Below, one piece after another: positions 1 to 8,742 of a DNA stretch of 64,000 nucleotides. The stretch comes from a virus (taxonomy: Duplodnaviria > Caudoviricetes): IMG/VR virus record IMGVR_UViG_650627003_000001, positions 32,001 through 96,000 of that record; one strand, given 5' to 3'. Below the pieces are notes generated by a model. It saw nothing but the letters and a program-made list of their open reading frames with translations. It was not told the DNA's origin and made no database searches. The position numbers and the translations under genes are program-made. The stretch's first letter is position 1, and each line of letters begins with the position of its first letter.

Positions 1-307
1 CAAATGCCCAATCAGCATGCCATACAGTAGCCCCAGGAGTGTCGTTCATACAAACTGCATCAACAGGAGCAATGACTTTAAACAATACTGGATCACCACC
101 AATTGAGTTAGCAGCACGGCCAGCGTATACTTTGGCAAGACCAATATCTTCAGTAAAGAAAATACGACCTAAGTTCTTGTTTCGTCCTTTTTCAGACAAA
201 ACACCAGATGCATCAGGAGGCAACAACATGTCTAAAATACCAGCTTCAGTACAAGAACCGTGATAAAACACTTTTGGTTCAGAAGGAAATAAGTAATCAA
301 GATTCAT
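1..307 (-). CDS. Arr-like ADP-ribosyltransferase-fold protein, 3' end outside window
   Basis: Manual translation from ATG at 307 (SD GGAG, early promoter upstream): MNLDYLFPSEPKVFYHGSCTEAGILDMLLPP...LGRIFFTEDIGLAKVYAGRAANSIGGDPVLFKVIAP; FYHGS and IFFT pattern as in Arr-type ARTs; open to window edge. Confidence 0.55.
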   Translation of the reverse strand, partial: MNLDYLFPSEPKVFYHGSCTEAGILDMLLPPDASGVLSEKGRNKNLGRIFFTEDIGLAKVYAGRAANSIGGDPVLFKVIAPVDAVCMNDTPGATVWHADWAF

Positions 308-331
308 GTTGTTTCTCCAGTTGGTAAAGCT

Positions 332-361
332 ATATTACTATACTTTATTTGACTTGTAAAC
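332..361 (-). promoter_or_regulatory. early (sigma70-like) promoter
   Basis: GTTTACA-N17-TAATAT followed by AGCTTTACCAAC leader and SD. Confidence 0.75.
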
Positions 362-749
362 TACGTTGTTTGATAATTTTGTCAATTGATTTAATAATAT
401 GTTTGGCATAACGCAATCGTTTAGGATTTGACCAACGCGCTAGGCCTGCGGATTCAACATATTCCTTTCGACCAGCAATAGGATAACAAGTATCAGCTTC
501 ATCGAAACGATTGAGGTGAACACCTTTAAAACTACGAGCAATTTGATCAGATAAACCATCAGTGTACATAATATCGATGTCTACTACAGCACAGACGCCA
601 GAACTGTCCCAGAATTCTCCACCACGAGAATCGATGTAAGCTTTTAACGCTTCTTTGTCTGACCAAATGTTGACCAAGTGATTTGCACGATCACGAATTT
701 CAATAAGTTCTTCGTTTGTTTCTGGAACATTTTCAAGATCGAATTTCAT
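345..749 (-). CDS. hypothetical protein
   Basis: 134 aa ORF, SD GAGGA, in minus-strand gene run. Confidence 0.8.
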   Translation of the reverse strand: MKFDLENVPETNEELIEIRDRANHLVNIWSDKEALKAYIDSRGGEFWDSSGVCAVVDIDIMYTDGLSDQIARSFKGVHLNRFDEADTCYPIAGRKEYVESAGLARWSNPKRLRYAKHIIKSIDKIIKQRSLQVK

Positions 750-759
750 TTTGTATTCC

Positions 760-1026
760 TCAATTAGATAATGTAATTTTTACTTCAGACGAACATAATT
801 CCCATGTTCCTTCGCCTACACCCGACCACTCTTTCGAGTAATAACCTATTTGCTCGTTTGTTCGTTCTGATTCTACATCACGAGCTACTACAGTACCACA
901 GGTTTTTGCACGAAACAGTACATAGAACCAAGGCGAATTGTCATTGATAACATGACCAACTTGACGAGCACGTGCTAAACAAGGGTATGTAATTGGACAT
1001 TTTACTATTTCAACTGATGATTTCAT
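760..1026 (-). CDS. hypothetical protein (start moved to MKSS)
   Basis: SD GAGGAA before ATG 1026; avoids overlap with upstream gene. Confidence 0.7.
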   Translation of the reverse strand: MKSSVEIVKCPITYPCLARARQVGHVINDNSPWFYVLFRAKTCGTVVARDVESERTNEQIGYYSKEWSGVGEGTWELCSSEVKITLSN

Positions 1027-1033
1027 ATGTTCC

Positions 1034-1378
1034 TCACAAGATAGTTGTAGATGGGTCATTAAGAATTTTAATTACTGTTTGAACAACATCAAGATTCTCC
1101 TCAAAGTTGATGTTTAAGCGTTCTGCTTCTTTACCAAGACGAGCATTGCGAACCGCCATGTTAAATTCGCCAAGTTTGCTAAAGTAAAACGAAGTATGTG
1201 AATTGCTAATAACAATACAATTAAACTGTTGGCGCACGGTAAACTTATTGAATCCGTGGTGACGACGGAATTCGTATTCTCCATCAACAAGAGAAAGGAC
1301 GTCAGGACGAAGGCAAGGAATAACAACTTCGCGGAATTCATATTTGCCAGTTTCACGATTGCGGATATGTTTAATCAT
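1034..1378 (-). CDS. hypothetical protein
   Basis: 114 aa ORF tiling between neighbours. Confidence 0.75.
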   Translation of the reverse strand: MIKHIRNRETGKYEFREVVIPCLRPDVLSLVDGEYEFRRHHGFNKFTVRQQFNCIVISNSHTSFYFSKLGEFNMAVRNARLGKEAERLNINFEENLDVVQTVIKILNDPSTTIL

Positions 1379-1388
1379 TTTAAATTAC

Positions 1389-1595
1389 TCAGTTTGTACG
1401 GTTACGTTGTGAAACAATTAATCGTTGACGATAAATACGTGCACTTTGTGCATCTTCATGAAGAAGTCCAAATCGTAAAAGATTTTGGCAAAGTTCACGA
1501 TTGTTGAAATACATTTCGTTAATTCTATCAGAAGCAAAATCATGATAGTAAACTTTAGTATTCTTTGGCGGAGCTATTGTAATAATTTTTAACAT
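1389..1595 (-). CDS. hypothetical protein
   Basis: 68 aa ORF directly downstream of an early promoter. Confidence 0.7.
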   Translation of the reverse strand: MLKIITIAPPKNTKVYYHDFASDRINEMYFNNRELCQNLLRFGLLHEDAQSARIYRQRLIVSQRNRTN

Positions 1596-1631
1596 TTTAA
1601 ATTACTCAATGTTGTTCAAGTTGATAAAGCT

Positions 1632-1671
1632 ATAATACTAAAAAAGGAAGCATTTGTAAACACTTCCTTTT
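1632..1671 (-). promoter_or_regulatory. composite terminator hairpin/early promoter (PeSL-like)
   Basis: AAAAGGAAGTG-TTTACAAA-TGCTTCCTTTTTT-AG-TATTAT; -35 box in hairpin loop. Confidence 0.8.
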
Positions 1672-1679
1672 AAATATTT

Positions 1680-2915
1680 TTACTTTTTATACGGCTTGAC
1701 AATTCCTTGCTCTAAAGCAAGTTTAAACTTCTCTACATAAGAACCATCATACATCTGTACTAATACATCGTAGTTCTGATATGCGTATTCTCGGAACCAT
1801 CCAGAAGTAATAGAAGTACACACCTTTTCTAAAGCAATCATAAACGACTGTTTAGGGTCGATCTCAAAGTTATTTGGAATCTGAGAACGTTCTAGAGCCA
1901 ACACATAACACTCTTCAAGAACTCCCATCATTTTTACTGCTCGAGGGCTATTTAAAAACTTCTCTCGAGAGCATTGTACTTCTGCTCCATCTTGCATGTA
2001 CATTGTGTACGCAGGTGTACTTAAATGTTTGACTGCTAAATGAATAGAATCATGGTCGTAGATGTAGTTTACGTTTGAGTTAAAGAACTCGTTAGATTTT
2101 ACACTTAGATTAGGATGACTATAATCGTAAGTTTCTTTCTCTCGAAGATCAAGCCAGTTTTCGTCTTTAATTGTACAACCACAGACTTTAGTCAAGAACT
2201 GAATATGACGCATTGTCTTTAAGAAATGTGGAGAATTCCGCAAGAATCGATGCGACCATTTCATTGTCAATACCATATCAAGATTCATGTATTTGTAATC
2301 GTCAACTTTGAGATGGTCCATATCAAATAACATTGCGCTTGAAGTGCCTTGTTTTTTAAGATATTGGATTTCGTAAATTTTGCTTGACACTGTGTTTTGG
2401 ATAACAATTACGCCAACATCAAATTTTGGAATATCAAATTCTTTGATTAAATCAAAACGTCCAATAGTTTCAAGCTTACGCAGATGCGCAACTAATGCAT
2501 CTGCATCTTGACGATCATAGCAAAGAATATCCACATCACTGGTTTTGAAGTTTTTAGGGAGTTTGTCACTATAGAACAAATGATACTGCATTGCAATAGA
2601 ACCCATTACGATAGGGGCACGCTTTACGCCTTCAATTGTAGTTTCTTCAACTTCTACTTCCTCAACAGGTTCTAGATTAAGTGAAGCTTGGAATACTTCA
2701 AATCCTGCATCGGTCAATTCAACAGTTTCCCCATTAGAAGCAACTAGACCAGCGTTAATCAACGAAGCAAAAACACCTTTATCTTCTGGAGTATTAACAA
2801 CAATGTTAATCCAAGTAAATGCGTCAAAGCGATCGTCCGGAATCCCGCCGTTAACACCGTTGAATTCAGAAGTAGCGATTGCGTGTAACATTTTAGTTTG
2901 TAATACTGTAGCCAT
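1680..2915 (-). CDS. nucleotidyltransferase-fold protein with N-terminal winged-helix-like domain
   Basis: IVMGSIAM..SDVDIL (GS/DxD) motif after acidic linker; C-terminal YDHDSIH, LEExYVLALER, ITSGWFREYA blocks; N-terminal SLINAGLV..VELTDAG wHTH-like. Confidence 0.6.
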   Translation of the reverse strand: MATVLQTKMLHAIATSEFNGVNGGIPDDRFDAFTWINIVVNTPEDKGVFASLINAGLVASNGETVELTDAGFEVFQASLNLEPVEEVEVEETTIEGVKRAPIVMGSIAMQYHLFYSDKLPKNFKTSDVDILCYDRQDADALVAHLRKLETIGRFDLIKEFDIPKFDVGVIVIQNTVSSKIYEIQYLKKQGTSSAMLFDMDHLKVDDYKYMNLDMVLTMKWSHRFLRNSPHFLKTMRHIQFLTKVCGCTIKDENWLDLREKETYDYSHPNLSVKSNEFFNSNVNYIYDHDSIHLAVKHLSTPAYTMYMQDGAEVQCSREKFLNSPRAVKMMGVLEECYVLALERSQIPNNFEIDPKQSFMIALEKVCTSITSGWFREYAYQNYDVLVQMYDGSYVEKFKLALEQGIVKPYKK

Positions 2916-2953
2916 GATGTGTTCCTCAAGTTGTAGTTTGTTTCAATAAGAGT

Positions 2954-2991
2954 ATAATACTAAAAAAGGAAGTGCTTGTAAACACTTCCTT
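2954..2991 (-). promoter_or_regulatory. composite terminator hairpin/early promoter (PeSL-like)
   Basis: AAGGAAGTG-TTTACAAG-CACTTCCTTTTTT-AG-TATTAT. Confidence 0.8.
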
Positions 2992-3008
2992 CTAAAATAA
3001 TTAAGTTT

Positions 3009-3245
3009 TTAACAGTTCATAGAGCTTGAAGTCCAAGGACGGAAACTTACATCAGCTTCTGAACCTTGATGATCGACATAACGATTAGAACACTGTGCCG
3101 TGCTTTCTGACCAATAAATTTGACCTTCGGCAAATTCAGGACTAATTCTAAAATTAGCAATTTGACCAATATTCACACGATGCTCGAGTTCTCGTACAGT
3201 TTCGTCCATGAGTTCAATTAATTCTAGATCAGTTAAAGATTTCAT
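3009..3245 (-). CDS. small protein with two W-x-x-S-[ST]-x-x-C motifs (start moved to MKSL)
   Basis: SD GGAGAA before ATG 3245; internal WSESTAQC and terminal WTSSSMNC. Confidence 0.75.
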   Translation of the reverse strand: MKSLTDLELIELMDETVRELEHRVNIGQIANFRISPEFAEGQIYWSESTAQCSNRYVDHQGSEADVSFRPWTSSSMNC

Positions 3246-3264
3246 AAGTTCTCCAAGTAAGTAA

Positions 3265-3696
3265 TTAGCAAGATTGGCTAGACGGTTCCCATACACCTTC
3301 AGTACCGTTGTAGGTACCACCCATACCGTATGCAGTGTCAAGATCAAAGCTAAGATTGTGTTTATCTGCAATAGCTGTTGCTTTGTCTAAGGCAACACTA
3401 AATTCTGCAACAGCAATATCAAGATCTTCCTGCATTTGCAGTTTAGTAAGAATAGCGATTGCACTTACTTCATCTAATTCCACAATAGGACCTTTAACGT
3501 ATTTGCGACCTGCAGAATAGTAATGAACATTTTCTTTATACGCAGCCAAATAAGCTTGACGAACTTCTTCAGTAAATTCTTGACCAAGTTCTACGCCTTT
3601 AGGGAATTTTGACCAACGAGATGCATTTTCGTGATAGGTCTTTGGGTCTACAAAACAATAGTTTTCGTATACATGTGCTAAATTGTACTTTGACAT
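3265..3696 (-). CDS. small protein ending YGMGGTY..WEPSSQSC
   Basis: 143 aa ORF with SD, behind early promoter. Confidence 0.8.
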   Translation of the reverse strand: MSKYNLAHVYENYCFVDPKTYHENASRWSKFPKGVELGQEFTEEVRQAYLAAYKENVHYYSAGRKYVKGPIVELDEVSAIAILTKLQMQEDLDIAVAEFSVALDKATAIADKHNLSFDLDTAYGMGGTYNGTEGVWEPSSQSC

Positions 3697-3727
3697 TTCT
3701 CTCTCCGAGGAGGTTGTTGATGAAGCT

Positions 3728-3755
3728 ATATTATCACGTTCCTTGTGAAAGTAAA
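3728..3755 (-). promoter_or_regulatory. early promoter
   Basis: TTTACT-N16-TAATAT, TCATCAAC leader. Confidence 0.65.
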
Positions 3756-3771
3756 TAGCTATTTTAAAAAT

Positions 3772-5220
3772 TTATGCAGTAATTCCATCAAAACCTTCTA
3801 GCTCTGCTGCTAATTGATCAAGTCTTGCTCTTGGCGGAAGCTTTTCTTGATTCAACGGGAGGTTCTCGTTTTTAGGTGTCGAACCAGATACGTCAGAGAA
3901 CTGTGCATTTTCGTCTAACTCAACCCATCGTTGATTGCCTTTCTTAACACCGATTAAGAACTTATTCCACAAATTCTTATCTCCATAACGAGACTTAATT
4001 TGTTTAACTAGTTGTCGACCTTGTTGCGCTAGTTCTTCAGTTTCTATCACCGCTAAAATAAAGTCTGCTGTTGCAGGCAGACCAGCGGATTCGGCAATAT
4101 CAGACATATTTAAATCCGAAGAATCCCAACCAGCACGAGTGGTCTGAGCTGCTGTCCATAAAACAGTTTGGGTTTCAAAAGCTAATGCGCGAAGTTCTTC
4201 TGCAATTGCCTTGACCAACGTATAACTATTTTCTGTATACACTTTAATACGAGCAGAAGCACAAATACCAAGATAATCAATAATGATTACATCTGGAACA
4301 AAACGCTTTTTAAGCTTTAACTCATTCACCAAAGAGCGGAATGTGTTTGCAGAAGCAGTACCATTACCATATTGCTTGATGATTAATCGACCAAGAGTTT
4401 TTTGTTCACGATACCGCTCCATCTTACCTTTATACTCGTGATAAGAAATATTCCCATCGTCAATATCGTCTAATGTGACATCAAGTAAATTAGCGTCAAT
4501 ACGTTTAGCACATACTTCCTCTGCCATCTCCATTGAAATATAGAGAACGTTTTTACCATCTAACAGATAATCAGCAGCTAATGAACAAAGTCCTAAAGAC
4601 TTACCTACGTTTACACCTGCGAGTAAAATATTGAGGGTTGCAATCTCAGCGCCGCCTTTAGTAATTTTGTTCAAAATGTTAAGACGGAATGGAACTTTAC
4701 GAGCTTTGTTTTTATAACTCAACCAACGCGATTCATAATCATCTAACCAGTCATGACCGACATAAGAATCAAACGAGATAGAAATTGCATCTCGCATAAT
4801 ATCTGGAATTGCACCTAAACCTGGAAGCTTTTTATTCTGTCGTTCTAAAGGCAATTCAGCGTTGGCACTAATTTCGAGAATTTTTGAAGTTGCGTTATAA
4901 ACTGCTGTATTTTGTACATACTTTTCTGTTTCTACAAGTAACCAATCATTGTTCTCTTTTTCAAGAGACAATTCGTTTAAAAGAGACTTTGCTCCATTAA
5001 GTTCGTTTTCTGTCATTGGAGTATTTTCAATGACCATGTTAATTGCGACTTTAGAAGGAACTGTATTATACGCGTCAACGTGGTTCTTAATAGTCTTAAA
5101 CAAAACAGTTGCAGGCCCAGAAGGGAAGTATTCCTCATCCATATACGGCCATACTTTAGAAAAATACTGTTCATTACATAAGAGCTGTGACAAAATTACA
5201 TCAATCATTTCTTTTTCCAA
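3772..5220 (-). CDS. 41: replicative DNA helicase gp41
   Basis: AGVNVGKS Walker A, SMEMAEE, IIIDYLGIC, QIKSRYGD; T4 synteny uvsX-40-41. Confidence 0.97.
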   Translation of the reverse strand: MEKEMIDVILSQLLCNEQYFSKVWPYMDEEYFPSGPATVLFKTIKNHVDAYNTVPSKVAINMVIENTPMTENELNGAKSLLNELSLEKENNDWLLVETEKYVQNTAVYNATSKILEISANAELPLERQNKKLPGLGAIPDIMRDAISISFDSYVGHDWLDDYESRWLSYKNKARKVPFRLNILNKITKGGAEIATLNILLAGVNVGKSLGLCSLAADYLLDGKNVLYISMEMAEEVCAKRIDANLLDVTLDDIDDGNISYHEYKGKMERYREQKTLGRLIIKQYGNGTASANTFRSLVNELKLKKRFVPDVIIIDYLGICASARIKVYTENSYTLVKAIAEELRALAFETQTVLWTAAQTTRAGWDSSDLNMSDIAESAGLPATADFILAVIETEELAQQGRQLVKQIKSRYGDKNLWNKFLIGVKKGNQRWVELDENAQFSDVSGSTPKNENLPLNQEKLPPRARLDQLAAELEGFDGITA

Positions 5221-5516
5221 AATAAAACTAAGTTAATCAACACCCGCAAGAATTTATCAAAACGAGTTTCCACATAATCAGGAAGTTGAAATTGTTGACG
5301 AATACAAGATTCAACATGTACACCGATTTCTTCTTTAAGCTCTTCAGGACACTCTACGCTAAACGAGAATTTTAGTTCTCCATTTCGTTTATAATCCAAT
5401 TCGGTAATATAAACATCATAGCTGGTGCCGTTAGGCAACAAAATTGTGATTGTTTGGATCACAAGATTATCTAATGCCTTTTGTACATCATTTAGATTTT
5501 TTTCATGCATGTTCAT
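5205..5516 (-). CDS. 40: head vertex assembly chaperone gp40
   Basis: size, position between uvsX and 41, HVESCI motif. Confidence 0.75.
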   Translation of the reverse strand: MNMHEKNLNDVQKALDNLVIQTITILLPNGTSYDVYITELDYKRNGELKFSFSVECPEELKEEIGVHVESCIRQQFQLPDYVETRFDKFLRVLINLVLFWKKK

Positions 5517-5535
5517 AGATTTCTCCTTTAATAAT

Positions 5536-5562
5536 ATTTTAACAAATTTTTAAAGAAGCAAA
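5536..5562 (-). promoter_or_regulatory. middle-type promoter (MotA-box-like)
   Basis: TTTGCTTC then TAAAAT, 14 nt between CTT and -10. Confidence 0.6.
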
Positions 5563-5582
5563 AAGGGACCGAAGTCCCTTTT
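5559..5582 (-). terminator. rho-independent terminator after uvsX
   Basis: GGGAC-TTCG-GTCCC followed by T run. Confidence 0.85.
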
Positions 5583-5583
5583 A

Positions 5584-6741
5584 TTATTCGAAGTTTTCTA
5601 ACTCATCTTCGACTTCTGCTGAACTTTGAGATTCACCAAACGAAATGCCTGCACCTGTATTATCAAGCTTACCGTTAATAATATCAGCGATTTCGTTTTC
5701 AACTTCAATGTTGTTTTCGATAGCAGAGAGTTTGTATCGTTTTTCAATAGCATCTCGGAATTCCTGCGACTTAAATAACGGTCCCCAGAATTCGGTGCAC
5801 TTAGTGTCTTTTGCACGCCATGATTTAGTCTCACGACGTTTTTCACCATCAATAGTCAGCTCACGAGCATACCAACCATTTTTAGGCTTAACAACCATAC
5901 CAAGTTCGAGTGCCATATCTAATAAACCAGAATACGGATCAATGCCACCTTCAAATGTTACATCAATAAAGAACTTAGATTTTTCTTTCACATAACGAGA
6001 TTTCTCTGCGTTTAATACGAATTGGAATCCTTCAAGCTCAGTACCATCTTTGATCTGACGCTTACCAATATAGAACACTGTGTCAGCTGCATACATTGGA
6101 CCGGTACCGCCAGTCATAACGGTTTTAGAGAACATTTCAATAGTTTCGATTGTATGGTTAATCGCGATACATGGAATGTTTTTTGTACTGAAGTATGGTG
6201 TCACAATACGGAATAATGACTTCATAGCTTTAGCACGTGTCATGTCTGCTGTAGTTTTTTCGTTTTCAGCATCTTCAATTTCTTTCTTAGATGCCATGTT
6301 ACCGATCGAGTCAATCAATACAATAACTTTTTCACCACGTTGAACTGCTTTCAATTGATTCGCCATATCAATTTTAATTTGCTCAACAGAGACAATTGGT
6401 GTATGAACTACACGGTCTGGATTGACACCCATAGCAGAAAGATATTCTGGTGTGATACCAAATTCAGAGTCGTAGAACAAACAAATTGCATCTTCATATT
6501 TTTTCATGAATGCAGAAACTACAGTAAGAGCCATATTTGATTTAAAGTGCTTCGAAGGTCCAGCAAAGATTGTCAGTCCGGACTTCATACCGCCGCCTAA
6601 TTCACCAGACAATGCAATATTAAGCATTGGGATTTTAGTACGGAGAATGTCTTTTTCATTGAACATTTTTGACTTAGACAAAATAGCTACATTTTCAGAA
6701 GTTGAAGCTTTGAGTAAACGAGAACGTAAATCAGATGACAT
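5584..6741 (-). CDS. uvsX: RecA-like recombinase UvsX
   Basis: AGPSKHFKS Walker A, FYDSEFG, DSIGNMASKKE, MTGGTG. Confidence 0.97.
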   Translation of the reverse strand: MSSDLRSRLLKASTSENVAILSKSKMFNEKDILRTKIPMLNIALSGELGGGMKSGLTIFAGPSKHFKSNMALTVVSAFMKKYEDAICLFYDSEFGITPEYLSAMGVNPDRVVHTPIVSVEQIKIDMANQLKAVQRGEKVIVLIDSIGNMASKKEIEDAENEKTTADMTRAKAMKSLFRIVTPYFSTKNIPCIAINHTIETIEMFSKTVMTGGTGPMYAADTVFYIGKRQIKDGTELEGFQFVLNAEKSRYVKEKSKFFIDVTFEGGIDPYSGLLDMALELGMVVKPKNGWYARELTIDGEKRRETKSWRAKDTKCTEFWGPLFKSQEFRDAIEKRYKLSAIENNIEVENEIADIINGKLDNTGAGISFGESQSSAEVEDELENFE

Positions 6742-6748
6742 AAATTAC

Positions 6749-7282
6749 CTACTTGTATTTCCAGATGTACCCCGCTGAAGTGTGGGCGCCACCTGTTTGG
6801 TTACGGATTGCACAGTTTGTGATTAAATCGTTTTGACGATTCATGTTACTATTTATCGACTCGGCAGCATCAATAGCTGATCTAAAAACAGCTAAGATTT
6901 CTTGCGTTTCAATGTCGATTTGTAGAATTGGAGGTGAAGAGTATCGACGTGATTCAGAAATTGCAGAACAAGTAGAAGAACTAACATATCGTCCTAACAA
7001 TTGATGATACACTGCACGTCGCTTTGAGGCGTACACATGAGAGCTAAAGCGACACATAAAATTAAATGTGCGCTTCATTTCTTGTGAATCTGGGTAGATT
7101 TTTGTAAGTAACTTATGAGCTACACAATGTTCTCGAAGAGTCAAAGCAACTAAGTTAGAAGGCTCATCAGAACCTCCTAAAGACTTAGGAATCACATGGT
7201 GGATTTCACGATTAGAGGCTTCTGGCTCTTCACGTTTCCATGCGTTATTAATAATACGATCATAATATAATTGGTAATTCAT
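6749..7282 (-). CDS. HNH homing endonuclease (Mob-like)
   Basis: EIHHVIPKSLGGSDEPSNLVALTLREHCVAHKLL; C-terminal NUMOD1-like F.S..DAA..GYIWKY. Confidence 0.9.
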   Translation of the reverse strand: MNYQLYYDRIINNAWKREEPEASNREIHHVIPKSLGGSDEPSNLVALTLREHCVAHKLLTKIYPDSQEMKRTFNFMCRFSSHVYASKRRAVYHQLLGRYVSSSTCSAISESRRYSSPPILQIDIETQEILAVFRSAIDAAESINSNMNRQNDLITNCAIRNQTGGAHTSAGYIWKYK

Positions 7283-7284
7283 AG

Positions 7285-7836
7285 CTAGCCTTTAATAAAC
7301 TTTTCTATACCTAGTCGTTCAATTATAACCTCTGGTTTATGAAGCGTTCCAATAAACTCGTTCTTATTTGACATCGAAACGAGCATCATTGGTTCTGGAA
7401 TCATCTCAGCGAATTCATCATAGACATTTAGATATTCTAATAGAACCGAGTTAAACTCGCAAGCACTTAGCTTGATATTGTCATCTTCAAAATCAACAGT
7501 AATCGCTGATCGATAAAATGGACAAACAAGAACTTCATGTTTTGCCATAAAGTCGTAAATGTTTGCATAATCGCGAACAGTGGATTCACCACGGATTTTG
7601 TTGTACACTGCATTACTAAAAAGCATTCGATCTACAATATACACACCGTCTAAATGTTTAAACATTGTGTCAAAGATGTCGAGTTCATTTGCTGTTTCGA
7701 TTTTAAACAATTCATCATCACGATTGCGCTTTGGGAATTTAAGTTCCTTTAATTCAGGATAACGTAAGAGCACATCAGAAATGAATGTGCTCTTACCAGA
7801 ATTATCAGGACCTTCAACAATAATTAACTTTGCCAA
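7285..7836 (-). CDS. thymidylate-kinase-like NMP kinase
   Basis: IIVEGPDNSGKST P-loop, IVDRMLFSNAVY. Confidence 0.85.
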   Translation of the reverse strand: MAKLIIVEGPDNSGKSTFISDVLLRYPELKELKFPKRNRDDELFKIETANELDIFDTMFKHLDGVYIVDRMLFSNAVYNKIRGESTVRDYANIYDFMAKHEVLVCPFYRSAITVDFEDDNIKLSACEFNSVLLEYLNVYDEFAEMIPEPMMLVSMSNKNEFIGTLHKPEVIIERLGIEKFIKG

Positions 7837-8741
7837 AAGTTATCTCCTTCAATAGTAATATCACCTGGCGTAGGAATATTATACTCTGAAATAATATCAG
7901 CGCCAAAGTAAATCAATTCACCAAGACCAGGATGGAAAACTTTTTCTGGGTCTTCGTTGTACACAACAGTTGGTACTTCACTTAGAACAGAATAATACTC
8001 GAGCTTTGAAAGCCTTTGTTTTACTACATGCTGATGATTTCCAGTGTAAGTGTCATTTGGGTCAGTAATTAAAATTCGTTTATGATGATCTAGGCCAAAT
8101 TGTAAAACATCTTCAAATGCATAACATTTATCAGAAATTCTAAATGGGAAGAAAATATCATGCTTTGGTGCAACAAACGGCTCTTTAATACTGTCTAAGT
8201 AACGCTGGATTACGCTAGGTTTAACAACACGTTGTGAGACAATGATTTTATCAGCCTGAACACCTGCCGCTACCAGGGAGCGTTTCTGGGACTCGTTGAG
8301 CACAAATACTTTGATTGCGTTATGACATGTCTGAACATCAGTTTCAAAATATTTGTCAATGTATGGTCGATCTAATTCTGGGTCTTTACAAATATTGCAA
8401 TTGTAAATAAATGGAACATAATCGGTTACTACGCCTGTTATGTCAGTGACCATTGTAGTTAAGTTATAGTCTTCCATTGTTGCTTCAATTACGCCAGAAT
8501 TCCATTTCCAGAAATTTTGACGTGTTTCTTCAGCGTTTTTACCGTATTTAATCTGGATAAAAACATGGTTAGGAAATAGACTAATAAGCTCGGCTTGATC
8601 TGCAATGTCGAATGGTACACAAATAACATCGTCTTCAGATGCTCGATGTAAATGTAGTTGGAAATTGCCATCCTTTAAGACCGAGTACAACCCGGTCTCA
8701 TAAGATCGCATCGAAAAAATCGGTACGATTAAATTACCCAT
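7824..8741 (-). CDS. putative glycosyl (arabinosyl) transferase of DNA-modification cluster
   Basis: 305 aa between TS homologue and kinase; PIFSMRSYE, FFPFRISD, HPGLGELIYFG compatible with a GT-B-like protein; function inferred from context. Confidence 0.5.
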   Translation of the reverse strand: MGNLIVPIFSMRSYETGLYSVLKDGNFQLHLHRASEDDVICVPFDIADQAELISLFPNHVFIQIKYGKNAEETRQNFWKWNSGVIEATMEDYNLTTMVTDITGVVTDYVPFIYNCNICKDPELDRPYIDKYFETDVQTCHNAIKVFVLNESQKRSLVAAGVQADKIIVSQRVVKPSVIQRYLDSIKEPFVAPKHDIFFPFRISDKCYAFEDVLQFGLDHHKRILITDPNDTYTGNHQHVVKQRLSKLEYYSVLSEVPTVVYNEDPEKVFHPGLGELIYFGADIISEYNIPTPGDITIEGDNFWQS

Positions 8742-8742
8742 A

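Noticed and set aside
39-263. Plus-strand 74-aa ORF
   Set aside because: Antisense shadow of the minus-strand ORF starting at 307, which has an SD and promoter.
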